Numbered from the stretch's first letter, positions 8,187 to 16,799 are shown. The stretch: 46,959 nt of DNA from a virus (IMGVR_UViG_2681813454_000002:1-46959), one strand, 5' to 3'. Numbers and translations are program-made. Notes: a model not told the origin generated them from the sequence alone.

Positions 8187-8890
8187 ACACCGCAATTTTT
8201 AACGGCAAAGCATCCATGACCAGCGTTGAGATCGCAGAGCTGGTGGGTAAACGTCATGACAATGTGAAACGCACTATTGAAACATTAGCCAAAGGTGGCG
8301 TTGTCCGGTCTCCTCAAATTGAGGTTTCCGAAAGAATCAATAACTTAGGTTTTAAAGTTCAATATGAGCATTACCTGTTTGAAGGAGAACAAGGTAAGCG
8401 CGACAGCATCATTGTCGTCGCACAGCTCTGTCCTGAATTCACTGCTCGCCTGGTAGATCGCTGGCGCGAACTGGAAGAACAGATCCGTAAGCCAATGAGC
8501 GAAATCGAAATGGTTGCCGCGATGGCTCTTGAAGCCGTTCGCCAACAGAAACGGATCACTCAGGTGGAAGAAAAAGTCAGCCACGTTGCTGAAACAGTCG
8601 AGCAAATTAAAAAGGGCACTATTCGTGAGGGCTATGCCGGATATCGCCAACTGAAAGCAAAAACCGGTTTGTCAGATGATAAATGCCGCAATCTGGTGAA
8701 CGCCTATCAGATTCCTACAGACACCCATGAGTTCATGACGCCGGACGGATTGTTGTCACGTCGCGCAATTGTTGCTGTGGAACCGTTTATGGCTGCTTTT
8801 TATCGGGTTATGGAGGAAGCAGAACCGCGAGGGACTCGCTGGTATCACCCGAAAATGGGGTTATTTCAGGTTATTGGTTGGCAGCGGTGA
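8183..8890 (+). CDS. Rha-family phage regulatory protein / antirepressor-like (235 aa)
   Basis: N-terminus ..MTSVEIAELVGKRHDNVKRTIETL.. is typical of the Rha family; RBS GGAGA before the ATG. Confidence 0.75.
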   Translation: MNTAIFNGKASMTSVEIAELVGKRHDNVKRTIETLAKGGVVRSPQIEVSERINNLGFKVQYEHYLFEGEQGKRDSIIVVAQLCPEFTARLVDRWRELEEQIRKPMSEIEMVAAMALEAVRQQKRITQVEEKVSHVAETVEQIKKGTIREGYAGYRQLKAKTGLSDDKCRNLVNAYQIPTDTHEFMTPDGLLSRRAIVAVEPFMAAFYRVMEEAEPRGTRWYHPKMGLFQVIGWQR

Positions 8891-8913
8891 AAAAAAGCCG
8901 GGAGTAACCCGGC
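8890..8913 (-). terminator. Hairpin plus T-run, intrinsic terminator oriented for leftward transcription
   Basis: A7 then GCCGGG-AGTAA-CCCGGC on the plus strand; on the minus strand this is a stem-loop followed by U7. Confidence 0.35.
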
Positions 8914-9020
8914 TCACTCAACATCAATAACGGGGAGCTGTTTCGCATAAAACGGCTCCGAAACATCCAAGAACAGTTCTAAAGATATCAGCAGCTATAT
9001 GATCATTTCAAGACCAAATA

Positions 9021-9049
9021 TTGATTCTGCAATTTCGGGACGTTACACT
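9021..9049 (+). promoter_or_regulatory. Candidate sigma70 promoter (TTGATT-17 bp-TACACT)
   Basis: -35 at 9021-9026 and -10 at 9044-9049 with 17-bp spacing, in a noncoding region of about 400 bp. Confidence 0.3.
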
Positions 9050-9112
9050 GTCTCTGCACCTTATAAAGCGGGTGCCGGGGGTCGCAGCCCGGAATTGTCA
9101 ACGGCGATATAT

Positions 9113-9133
9113 GACGCGCCAGCGTCTTTTTTA
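9113..9133 (+). terminator. Intrinsic terminator (GACGC-GCCA-GCGTC plus T6)
   Basis: Perfect 5-bp GC-rich stem followed by TTTTTT, about 65 nt downstream of the candidate promoter. Confidence 0.45.
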
Positions 9134-9298
9134 TCGTCCGCGCTCACGCACGCCAGAATTATGGTGGGCTGGGCAGGGGAGCCGAAAGGCTCGCCGGTTT
9201 CCGTTGACGCCGGTACTGCGAACCCTGTTCAGTCTGCCACCAGTGAGTTTCGCAGCTCCGGTGGTGGAAGTTTTCCACAGTCAACGGAGGCTGCCATC

Positions 9299-9850
9299 AT
9301 GGCTACGATCCCAACCCTCACTCAACCTGAAATTGCCATCGTTGATGGTCAGGCTGTTACTTCATCCCTGGCTGTTGCCAACTTCTTCTCCAAGCGTCAT
9401 GACGATGTACTGAAAAAGATCCGCACGCTTGAATGCTCCGCATCATTCACTGCCCGCAATTTTTCGGTGAGTGATTACACCGATTGCACAGGCCGCAAAC
9501 TACCTTGCTATCAAATCACCCGTGATGGCTTCGCGTTCCTTGCTATGGGCTTTACTGGCAAACGTGCAGCCCGGTTCAAAGAGGCATACATCAACGCCTT
9601 TAACCTGATGGAGAAGAGTTTATCAGGTGCCGATGCGTCTGATATGTCAGCTGTCGCACGAAACGCCAGAGGCGTATACCTGCATTTGCGTGAAATCCAT
9701 CAAATCTGGACAAGCCAGCTTTATCCAATGCTTAAGGCCGTTGAATCTCCGCTGGCTAGCAAACTGTACGACCGTGTTGGTGATGCTGTTTTTGGCGCTG
9801 CACTTGTTGATTCCAGGCTGAATGGTTCTGACAAGGAGGTTCGCCCATGA
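9299..9850 (+). CDS. Second Rha-family protein (183 aa from the MATIPTL start)
   Basis: ATG at 9299 after ACGGAGG; ..AVANFFSKRHDDVLKKIRTL.. Rha-like N-terminal domain; the upstream in-frame extension from 8999 is low-complexity and probably untranslated. Confidence 0.7.
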   Translation: MATIPTLTQPEIAIVDGQAVTSSLAVANFFSKRHDDVLKKIRTLECSASFTARNFSVSDYTDCTGRKLPCYQITRDGFAFLAMGFTGKRAARFKEAYINAFNLMEKSLSGADASDMSAVARNARGVYLHLREIHQIWTSQLYPMLKAVESPLASKLYDRVGDAVFGAALVDSRLNGSDKEVRP

Positions 9851-10041
9851 TTAGTTACGAAATCATCATCTCCACTACGGAATACAGAAACGATGTATCA
9901 GTTCGCACGGATGTATCTGTCTGGCACCGTCGCTATAAATCCAGAAAAACAGCGGAACTGAAAGCGGCAGAGATGTGTGAAACCATCTCAATGAAAGGTA
10001 GCCCGGTTAAATACGTAACTACGGTGGAGGTGCGTCCATGA
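9847..10041 (+). CDS. Hypothetical protein (64 aa)
   Basis: RBS GGAGG before the ATG; ATGA overlap with the upstream gene. Confidence 0.5.
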   Translation: MISYEIIISTTEYRNDVSVRTDVSVWHRRYKSRKTAELKAAEMCETISMKGSPVKYVTTVEVRP

Positions 10042-10262
10042 TCCGCCACATCGTTAATTCCCTGTATCACCGATACAACCGTTGCCCCCGTGTGGGGCAG
10101 TGGTTCGCCACCAGCAACGGTCACGTTCTGCGGGTTTGCCTAGTCAACGCTGAAAGCCAGAAAGTCGTGTGCGAACTACAGGGGCGTAGCTACACCATCA
10201 GTTACCCTCTGGCGGTATTTCTGTCTGGAAAAATGTTTAAGCGTCTGGGAGGTGTGGCGTGA
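10038..10262 (+). CDS. Hypothetical protein (74 aa)
   Basis: RBS GGAGGTG; ATGA overlap coupling. Confidence 0.5.
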   Translation: MIRHIVNSLYHRYNRCPRVGQWFATSNGHVLRVCLVNAESQKVVCELQGRSYTISYPLAVFLSGKMFKRLGGVA

Positions 10263-10558
10263 ACTGTTTTCAGTTTGTGTGCGGATGTGCTTTCGATAAC
10301 CCGATTCAGCGCCTAATTATGTTGCGTGTTTTGATGTCGGGTTCTTCAGACGGTGAAGGCGAGAGAGTTATTGATCATCAGGTGCTTGCTGATTTCTGCT
10401 GTTGTTCTAAGCAAGCGATATTCAGGGAAACCCTGGCACTGGAAAGAGCTGGTTATCTTCATATCCGAAAAATTGCAACGCTTACTATTGATGCAAAAGC
10501 CAGACTACAACCTGCGCGTGGCTACACAATTCTCATGCCGCGGAAGGAGGTTGTATGA
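10259..10558 (+). CDS. Hypothetical protein (99 aa), possible DNA-binding protein
   Basis: GTG start after GGAGG; coupled to the downstream O-like gene by ATGA overlap. Confidence 0.45.
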   Translation: MNCFQFVCGCAFDNPIQRLIMLRVLMSGSSDGEGERVIDHQVLADFCCCSKQAIFRETLALERAGYLHIRKIATLTIDAKARLQPARGYTILMPRKEVV

Positions 10559-11541
10559 GCCGTTACGCCCCCACACCGGAAGTTATGGCTATTGGTCAAA
10601 TTAATATTTCCGGCAATGTTACACCTGCGAACTGGTGGAAATATATTCGACTACCCAGTGGGCGTCCGGATGCGACGGCTATCGCTCTGCTTTCAGAGAT
10701 CGTTTACTGGTACCGCCCGACAGAGGTCAGGGATGAGCACACCGGAGCGTTGCTGGGATATCGCAAGCGTTTTCAGGGCGACAAACTGCAAAGAAGCTAC
10801 CAGGCGTTTGCTGAGCAGTTTGGTTTCGGGAAAAGGGAAACCGCAGATGCGCTGAAGCGTCTGCGCGATGCAGGGTTTATTACTCTGGATTTACGCACGG
10901 TGGAAATGCTCGATGGGGTGAAATGCAGCAATATTTTGTTTGTCGGGATCAACCCACAGGCAATTGCGGTCATCACCACACCTTCTTCTGTTTCGCCAGA
11001 AAGTAACAGCAATAATGCAATCAGCGATACAGCTATTACGTTAAAACGGAACACCCCCCGACGTCATAACGGAACAGGGGATACGCCGAATGTTGATACA
11101 AATACAGAGATTACTACAGAGATTACAACGGAGACTAAAAACACTATTGATGCATCCGCTGACGCGTCTGCGCGTTCTGCCCGACAGGAATATTCACCGG
11201 AATTTGAACAGGCCTGGCAGGAATATCCCAAACGTGCTGGTGGCAATTCCAAGTCAGCGGCCTTCAAAGCCTGGAAAGCCCGTATCAGGGAGGGAATAAA
11301 ACCGGAGACCATGCTTGATGGCGTGAAGCGGTATGCCGCCTGGGTACGTGCTACAGGAAATACCGGCACACAGTTCGTGAAGCAGGCTGCGACGTTCTTT
11401 GGACCCGATCGTCACTTCGAAGATTACTGGCAACAGCCAGCCGCTCACGGAGGTGGGCGACAGCGACAGGTCGATGTCCTGGCTGGCCTGGGAGCCATGT
11501 CTGACAAATTCGGTAAATCCAGTAACAAATTGACATTCTGA
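10555..11541 (+). CDS. Replication initiation protein (O-like, with a conserved phage C-terminal domain)
   Basis: C-terminal ..EFEQAWQEYPKRAGGNSKSAAFKAWKARIREG.. block is typical of phage replication initiators; sits upstream of a DnaC-like gene. Confidence 0.7.
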   Translation: MSRYAPTPEVMAIGQINISGNVTPANWWKYIRLPSGRPDATAIALLSEIVYWYRPTEVRDEHTGALLGYRKRFQGDKLQRSYQAFAEQFGFGKRETADALKRLRDAGFITLDLRTVEMLDGVKCSNILFVGINPQAIAVITTPSSVSPESNSNNAISDTAITLKRNTPRRHNGTGDTPNVDTNTEITTEITTETKNTIDASADASARSARQEYSPEFEQAWQEYPKRAGGNSKSAAFKAWKARIREGIKPETMLDGVKRYAAWVRATGNTGTQFVKQAATFFGPDRHFEDYWQQPAAHGGGRQRQVDVLAGLGAMSDKFGKSSNKLTF

Positions 11542-11542
11542 G

Positions 11543-12451
11543 GTGACAGCGATGATGACGATTGACCAACGTGAGAAACAAACAAGACTACAGGCGCGAA
11601 TGGATGAGTTACGGGCAGAAATGGATGAGTTACGGGCAGAGATTGCATTTGCTCAGAAGGGCGAAAAGCCATGGCCTTATCGTTCCTGCCTGATGCGTGA
11701 AGGTCGCGGATATTGCGAAAAACACGGTAAATATCGTACGCATATACTGGTGTGGATCGATCGTAATGGCGAGGACAGAGAAAAAATTTCATGCTGCCCT
11801 GACTGCTTGATCGCTGAGGCCAGTGATTTGACCATGGAACTGTCGTCCCTCAAGGCGGAAGAACTGACTGATAACGCCGGAATTGCTCTGCGTTTTCGGG
11901 ACTGCGAGTTTGATAATTATCTGGAGGTTAATCCTGACGCAGCCAGAAATCTTGCGGCCTGTCGCCGCTATGCGGAGAACTGGCCAGATATGCTGGAGAA
12001 CGGTACCAGTCTTGTTATGACCGGCAGTTGCGGTACCGGGAAAAATCATCTGGCGGTATCAATGGCAAAACACATCATCCGTAACTATCTGGCCAGTGTG
12101 GAGATCACCGACGTGATGCGCCTTACCCGGGCTGTGAAAAACTGCTGGCGGAATGACAGTGAAAAAACAGCGGATGACGTCATTGAGCATTATGCGTCAC
12201 TGGATTTGCTGATTGTCGACGAAGTCGGCGTTCAGTTTGGCAGTGCGGCTGAAATGGCCATTTTGCAGGAAATTATCAATGCCCGGTATGAGGGTATTTT
12301 GCCAACTATCTTGATCAGCAATCTTTCACCGGAAGAATTGTGGGCGTTCATCAGTCCCCGGATTGCCGACAGGATCACCGATGGCGGGCGCAACTGGTTG
12401 TCGTTTAACTGGCCCAGCTACCGTTCTCGTATCGGAGGTGTTGCCGCATGA
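11543..12451 (+). CDS. DnaC-like helicase loader (AAA+ ATPase)
   Basis: Walker A TGSCGTGKNHLA and Walker B LLIVDEVG; the real start may be the ATG at 11552 (RBS GAGGTGA). Confidence 0.8.
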   Translation: MTAMMTIDQREKQTRLQARMDELRAEMDELRAEIAFAQKGEKPWPYRSCLMREGRGYCEKHGKYRTHILVWIDRNGEDREKISCCPDCLIAEASDLTMELSSLKAEELTDNAGIALRFRDCEFDNYLEVNPDAARNLAACRRYAENWPDMLENGTSLVMTGSCGTGKNHLAVSMAKHIIRNYLASVEITDVMRLTRAVKNCWRNDSEKTADDVIEHYASLDLLIVDEVGVQFGSAAEMAILQEIINARYEGILPTILISNLSPEELWAFISPRIADRITDGGRNWLSFNWPSYRSRIGGVAA

Positions 12452-13848
12452 CCAGCCAGAACACCCCGGCATGGCGTAACGATGACCTGGAAGGCGCTGT
12501 CATCGGTGCGTTTTTTCTGCGTGGGGCCGATCCGGAAGTGATGGATATTCTGGCCACACTTCCGGCGGATGTATTTTTTGTGCGTCAGTACCGGGATATT
12601 TACGCGGGGATTTGCAGACAGGCTCGCATATCCGGCGTCATTGACCCCGTACTGCTGTGCAATGAGATGCCGGAACTTGCCCCGGTGATTACCGACACCG
12701 GACGCAAAACCTGGGTGAAGTCTTCACTGGAGCACTATGTCGCAGCGTTGCGGCGCAATGCCGCACTGCGCGATGCAGAAAAAACACTGACTGAAGCATT
12801 ACAGAATTTACGTGATGCGTATACCTGTGAAGCAGCCGAGGATGCCCTGAAGGATGTGCAGAACATGATGGCCTCACTGTCGACCGGAAAGGGCGTCATT
12901 CAGCCGGTTCACATTGATGATGTCCTTCCGGAAGTGGTCGACCGTGTTGAATGCCGCAATCAGGGACTGGAGAAATCCAGGGCGCTGATGACCGGTATTG
13001 ATGAACTGGACGCAAAAACGGGCGGTATGGAGCCCGGAGACCTGGTATTCATTGCCGCCCGTCCTTCGATGGGGAAAACCGAACTTGCGCTGGACATCAT
13101 CGACAAGGTGACTGAGCAGGGGCATGGCGTGCTTCTGTTCACCATGGAGATGGCGAACATCCAGATTGGTGAACGTATGGTGTCTGCTGCCGGTGGAATG
13201 CCGGTATCCCGTCTTAAGTCTGTTGCCCGTTTTGAAGATGAAGACTGGGCGCGTTTCTCGCAGGGCGTGGGACGAATGACGGGGCGTAATATCTGGATGG
13301 TGGACCAGGCAAACCTGACCATTGATGAGATATGTGCAACCACGAAGCACCACCGGATGAAACACCCGGAAACGGCGCTGGTGGTGGTCGATTACCTCGG
13401 CCTGATTAAAACCCGCAGCACGGGGCGTCACGACCTTGCGGTGGGGGAAATCTCAAAGGGACTTAAAAGCCTGGCAAAATCCGGCGGTTTTCCGCTGATT
13501 GCTCTGAGCCAGCTCTCCCGCGGCGTGGAATCCAGACCCAATAAACGCCCAATGAACTCGGACCTGAAAAACTCCGGGGAAATCGAGGCGGATGCCGACA
13601 TCATTCTGATGCTTTACAGGGATGAGGTATACAACCCGGAAACTCAGGCCAGAGGCATAGCAGAAATCAACATCACGAAACAGCGTAATGGCACGCTCGG
13701 GACCATTTACCGGCGTTTTCATAACGGACATTTTCTGCCTGTGGACCAGGAGAGTGCCCGGGTTCTTTCCACACCCATGACGCCGGGCAATCCGCGCAGA
13801 TACAGCAATAACCGCATGTCGGGCAGTAAAACGGAGCGTTTATTTTGA
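12448..13848 (+). CDS. DnaB-like replicative DNA helicase
   Basis: Walker A ARPSMGKTELAL, a ..VVVDYLGLI.. block and a RecA-like C-terminal domain typical of DnaB-family helicases. Confidence 0.85.
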   Translation: MTSQNTPAWRNDDLEGAVIGAFFLRGADPEVMDILATLPADVFFVRQYRDIYAGICRQARISGVIDPVLLCNEMPELAPVITDTGRKTWVKSSLEHYVAALRRNAALRDAEKTLTEALQNLRDAYTCEAAEDALKDVQNMMASLSTGKGVIQPVHIDDVLPEVVDRVECRNQGLEKSRALMTGIDELDAKTGGMEPGDLVFIAARPSMGKTELALDIIDKVTEQGHGVLLFTMEMANIQIGERMVSAAGGMPVSRLKSVARFEDEDWARFSQGVGRMTGRNIWMVDQANLTIDEICATTKHHRMKHPETALVVVDYLGLIKTRSTGRHDLAVGEISKGLKSLAKSGGFPLIALSQLSRGVESRPNKRPMNSDLKNSGEIEADADIILMLYRDEVYNPETQARGIAEINITKQRNGTLGTIYRRFHNGHFLPVDQESARVLSTPMTPGNPRRYSNNRMSGSKTERLF

Positions 13849-14102
13849 ACAACAGAACAATCACTGTTTCACCGGAACAACTTCGTCGGCAGGCGCAGGA
13901 GATGCTTCGTTGTGCTGAACAGATGAAAAAAACGAGCGTGAAAAAAGATACGCTCCGCAAGCAGCTTACTCCGGCGCTTCGTGATCTGCTGCAGGCAAAA
14001 CACCGCACACAAAAGGCGGTGGATGAGCTGGTGGATTGCGTGGCGGAACTGGAAGGACAGGTAAGCCAGTTTGAAACGCTGGTGAAGGAGTTTACTGCGT
14101 GA
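13845..14102 (+). CDS. Hypothetical coiled-coil protein (85 aa)
   Basis: Probable TTG start overlapping the dnaB-like stop; start codon uncertain. Confidence 0.4.
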   Translation: MNNRTITVSPEQLRRQAQEMLRCAEQMKKTSVKKDTLRKQLTPALRDLLQAKHRTQKAVDELVDCVAELEGQVSQFETLVKEFTA

Positions 14103-14148
14103 TGGCTGAATTTTTTTCTCCTGCGTTCATGCAATACCGTTCGCTGAG

Positions 14149-15144
14149 GTGACCGTGAGAGCACTGCTGACCCCTGAAATTGCCCCGCGTATGGGGATTG
14201 TATTGTTCAGGCCCGGTTCAGAGCTGATGCCCCTGTTTATGCAGGGGCGTGTCCTGCTGGAGCCTGAGCCGGAACGTTATTCATCTTTCGCCAGCGGTGC
14301 CGTTCCGGCAGCATCACAACCGCTGGCGGATGATCCTGCCGTTCGGGCCGTGTTCCGCCATGAGGCGGTGATCCGTCGTGCTGGTGGCGTGGAATGCCTT
14401 GAGAGCTGGTTACTTCGTGAAAAAGGCTGTCAGTGGCCTCATTCCGACTGGCACAGCGAGAACATGACCACAATGCGGCACGCGCCAGGCGCAATCCGTC
14501 TGTGCTGGCACTGTGACAATCTTCTCCGTGACCAGTTCACGGAACGGCTGGAAGCAATGGCAACGGATAACTGTGCCCGCTGGGTGTTGTCTGTTGTGCG
14601 CCGTGATCTTGGTTTTGATGACAGTCACGTTGTGACAATGCCGGAACTGTGCTGGTGGCTGATTCGTAATGACCTGGCGGATGCCTTACCGGAAAGTGCA
14701 GCCCGTAAGGCACTGAGATTACCGAAGCCTGTTGTGCCGTCTGTCACCCGGGAAAGTGACCTTGTGCCTTCGGTTACTGCCACCAGCATCATCCAGGATA
14801 AGGCGAAAAAGGTGCTGGCGCTGAAAGTGGATCCGGAGTCGCCGGAGTCTTTTATGTTACGCCCAAAACGTCGTCGCTGGGTTAATGAAAAGTACACGCG
14901 CTGGGTTAAGACGCAGCCGTGTGCATGTTGTGGTAAGCCAGCCGACGATCCCCATCACCTGATTGGTCATGGTCAGGGCGGAATGGGGACAAAATCTCAC
15001 GATATTTTCACGCTACCGCTGTGTCGGGAGCATCACAACGAGCTTCATGCGGATCCTCTGGCGTTCGAAGAAAAGCATGGTTCTCAGGTTGATTTAATTT
15101 TTCGTTTTCTTGATCACGCCTTTGCAACTGGCGTGCTTGGGTAA
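14149..15144 (+). CDS. DUF968-like protein with a C-terminal HNH-type Cys/His motif (putative nuclease)
   Basis: C-terminal ..CACCGKPADDPHHLIGHGQGGMGTKSHDIFTLPLCREHHNELH.. resembles an HNH zinc-finger nuclease motif; nin-region position upstream of rusA. Confidence 0.6.
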   Translation: MTVRALLTPEIAPRMGIVLFRPGSELMPLFMQGRVLLEPEPERYSSFASGAVPAASQPLADDPAVRAVFRHEAVIRRAGGVECLESWLLREKGCQWPHSDWHSENMTTMRHAPGAIRLCWHCDNLLRDQFTERLEAMATDNCARWVLSVVRRDLGFDDSHVVTMPELCWWLIRNDLADALPESAARKALRLPKPVVPSVTRESDLVPSVTATSIIQDKAKKVLALKVDPESPESFMLRPKRRRWVNEKYTRWVKTQPCACCGKPADDPHHLIGHGQGGMGTKSHDIFTLPLCREHHNELHADPLAFEEKHGSQVDLIFRFLDHAFATGVLG

Positions 15145-15156
15145 AAGAGGTGACTG

Positions 15157-15531
15157 ATGCTCATAGATTTGGTTTTACCTTACCCGCCGACGGTGAACAC
15201 TTACTGGCGACGCCGTGGCAGCACATATTTTATCTCGGAGGAGGGAAAGCGTTATCGCCGGGCTGTGGCGCTTATTGTTCGCCAGCAGCGGCTGAAATTA
15301 AGCCTGTCCGGAAGGCTGGCGATAAAGGTGATTGCAGAGCCACCGGATAAGCGTCGTCGCGACCTGGACAATATCCTGAAAGCACCGCTGGATGCGCTGA
15401 CGCATGCGGGAGTGTTAATGGACGATGAGCAGTTTGATGAAATCAATATCGTTCGTGGTCAGCCAGTATCTGGTGGACGTATGGGGGTGAAGATTTACCC
15501 CATAATGCATGAAGAGCAGGTCAAAAAATGA
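15157..15531 (+). CDS. rusA: Holliday junction resolvase RusA
   Basis: Characteristic RusA sequence (..PPTVNTYWRRRG.., ..RRRDLDNILKAPLDAL..); RBS AAGAGG. Confidence 0.85.
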   Translation: MLIDLVLPYPPTVNTYWRRRGSTYFISEEGKRYRRAVALIVRQQRLKLSLSGRLAIKVIAEPPDKRRRDLDNILKAPLDALTHAGVLMDDEQFDEINIVRGQPVSGGRMGVKIYPIMHEEQVKK

Positions 15532-16349
15532 AACTGGAAGATTTACCGAAATACTACTCCCCAAAATCCCCTGGCCTGACCGATGCATCGGCCTCAACGT
15601 CAAAAGATGCGCTGAGTATCACTGATGTGATGGCCGCGCAGGGCATGACACAGAATCGGGCTGAGATGGGGTTTTCTGCGTTCCTGGGGAAAATGGGCAT
15701 CAGTATGAATGACAGGGCGCGGGCAACAGAATTACTGGCAGATTATGCACTCAGTCGGTGCGATCGTGTGGCGGCGTTGAGAAAACTTCCGGCAGAAATA
15801 AAACCGGTAGTGATGCGCATTATGGCTTCGTATGCGTTTGAAGATTATGCCCGTAGCGCGGCGAGCAAAAAACAGTGCCCTTGCTGTCACGGAAAAAAAT
15901 TTATTGAAAGCGAGGTTTTTACAAACAAGATCCAGTATCCGGATGGTAAGCCACCAGTGTGGGCAAAGTGCACAAAAGGCGTGTATCCGTCTTACTGGGA
16001 AGAATGGAAAAAAGTCAGGGAGGTGGTAAAAGTTGCCTGTCCGGAGTGTGGCGGAAAGGGTGAGGTTTCCACCGCCTGTAAGGATTGCCGTGGGCGTGGT
16101 GTCGCCATTCATCGTGAAGAGTCGGTAAAACGTGGTATGCCTGTTATCAGAGATTGCCAGCGTTGTGGTGGTCGTGGCTGTGAAAGGCTGCCATCAACGG
16201 AGGCATTTAATGCCATATGCAAAGTGACGAGTGCTATCACGCTTGATACGTGGAAAAAATCAGTGAAACGCTTTTACGATACGTTGGTGGTTCGGTTTGA
16301 CATTGAAGAGGCATGGGCGGAGCGGCAGTTAAAGAGGGTAACGCGATAG
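15528..16349 (+). CDS. Late-gene antiterminator (Q-like) with CxxCxGxG zinc-finger repeats
   Basis: Last gene before a promoter-plus-terminator (PR'/tR'-like) unit; four Cys-pair motifs (CPCCHGKK, CPECGGKG, CKDCRGRG, CQRCGGRG). Confidence 0.6.
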   Translation: MKLEDLPKYYSPKSPGLTDASASTSKDALSITDVMAAQGMTQNRAEMGFSAFLGKMGISMNDRARATELLADYALSRCDRVAALRKLPAEIKPVVMRIMASYAFEDYARSAASKKQCPCCHGKKFIESEVFTNKIQYPDGKPPVWAKCTKGVYPSYWEEWKKVREVVKVACPECGGKGEVSTACKDCRGRGVAIHREESVKRGMPVIRDCQRCGGRGCERLPSTEAFNAICKVTSAITLDTWKKSVKRFYDTLVVRFDIEEAWAERQLKRVTR

Positions 16350-16354
16350 TGTTG

Positions 16355-16383
16355 TTGATTTTTCCCGAATCTGTGGTAAATTT
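16355..16383 (+). promoter_or_regulatory. Candidate late promoter PR' with overlapping qut-like region
   Basis: TTGATT (16355-16360), 16-bp spacer, TGgTAAATT extended -10-like element, immediately downstream of the Q-like gene. Confidence 0.4.
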
Positions 16384-16429
16384 GCTCTAACGATGGGCGT
16401 TTTATGCCTGACGTTAGAAGATTTTTTAC

Positions 16430-16455
16430 ACCCCGCCGCCTGGCGGGTTTTTTAT
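16430..16455 (+). terminator. tR'-like intrinsic terminator
   Basis: CCCGCC-GCCT-GGCGGG stem-loop followed by TTTTTTAT, about 50 nt downstream of the candidate PR'. Confidence 0.6.
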
Positions 16456-16573
16456 GACTGAAATCGCGTCAGTACAGTAAACGCGCTGGTGGCGGTGAAT
16501 ACCTGTCTTTCAGCTTGCTGGCTTTTTCGACAAGAGTTATTGGTGTGTCACGTTAACCGGAAAAGGAAAAGAC

Positions 16574-16771
16574 ATGCTAAAACAGCAGGATATGACAGAA
16601 ACCGCCAGAGTGGTGTTTAATGAATTAAGCGTTACCGACCCGGCGACAGTCGGGGAGATAGCGCAGAATACTTACCTTTCACGCGAACGCTGCCAGTTAA
16701 TACTGACTCAGCTGGTTATGGCGGGTCTGGCAGACTATCAGTTCGGTTGTTACAGACGCCTTCCGCAGTGA
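16574..16771 (+). CDS. Hypothetical small protein (65 aa)
   Basis: RBS AAGGAAAAG before the ATG; first ORF of the late transcript. Confidence 0.45.
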   Translation: MLKQQDMTETARVVFNELSVTDPATVGEIAQNTYLSRERCQLILTQLVMAGLADYQFGCYRRLPQ

Positions 16772-16783
16772 AGGCTTTTTTAT
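16758..16783 (+). terminator. Intrinsic terminator overlapping the stop of the 65-aa ORF
   Basis: GCCTTC-CGCAGT-GAAGGC followed by TTTTTTAT. Confidence 0.5.
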
Positions 16784-16799
16784 TTGTGGTAAATGGGCG

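Noticed and set aside
8999-9298. In-frame N-terminal extension of the second Rha gene, and the overlapping 9021-9413 ORF
   Set aside because: Low-complexity translations with no RBS at 8999; the Rha homology begins at the ATG at 9299, which has a good RBS; the region is better explained as a structured leader
12874-13431. 185-aa minus-strand ORF
   Set aside because: Antisense to the DnaB-like helicase gene
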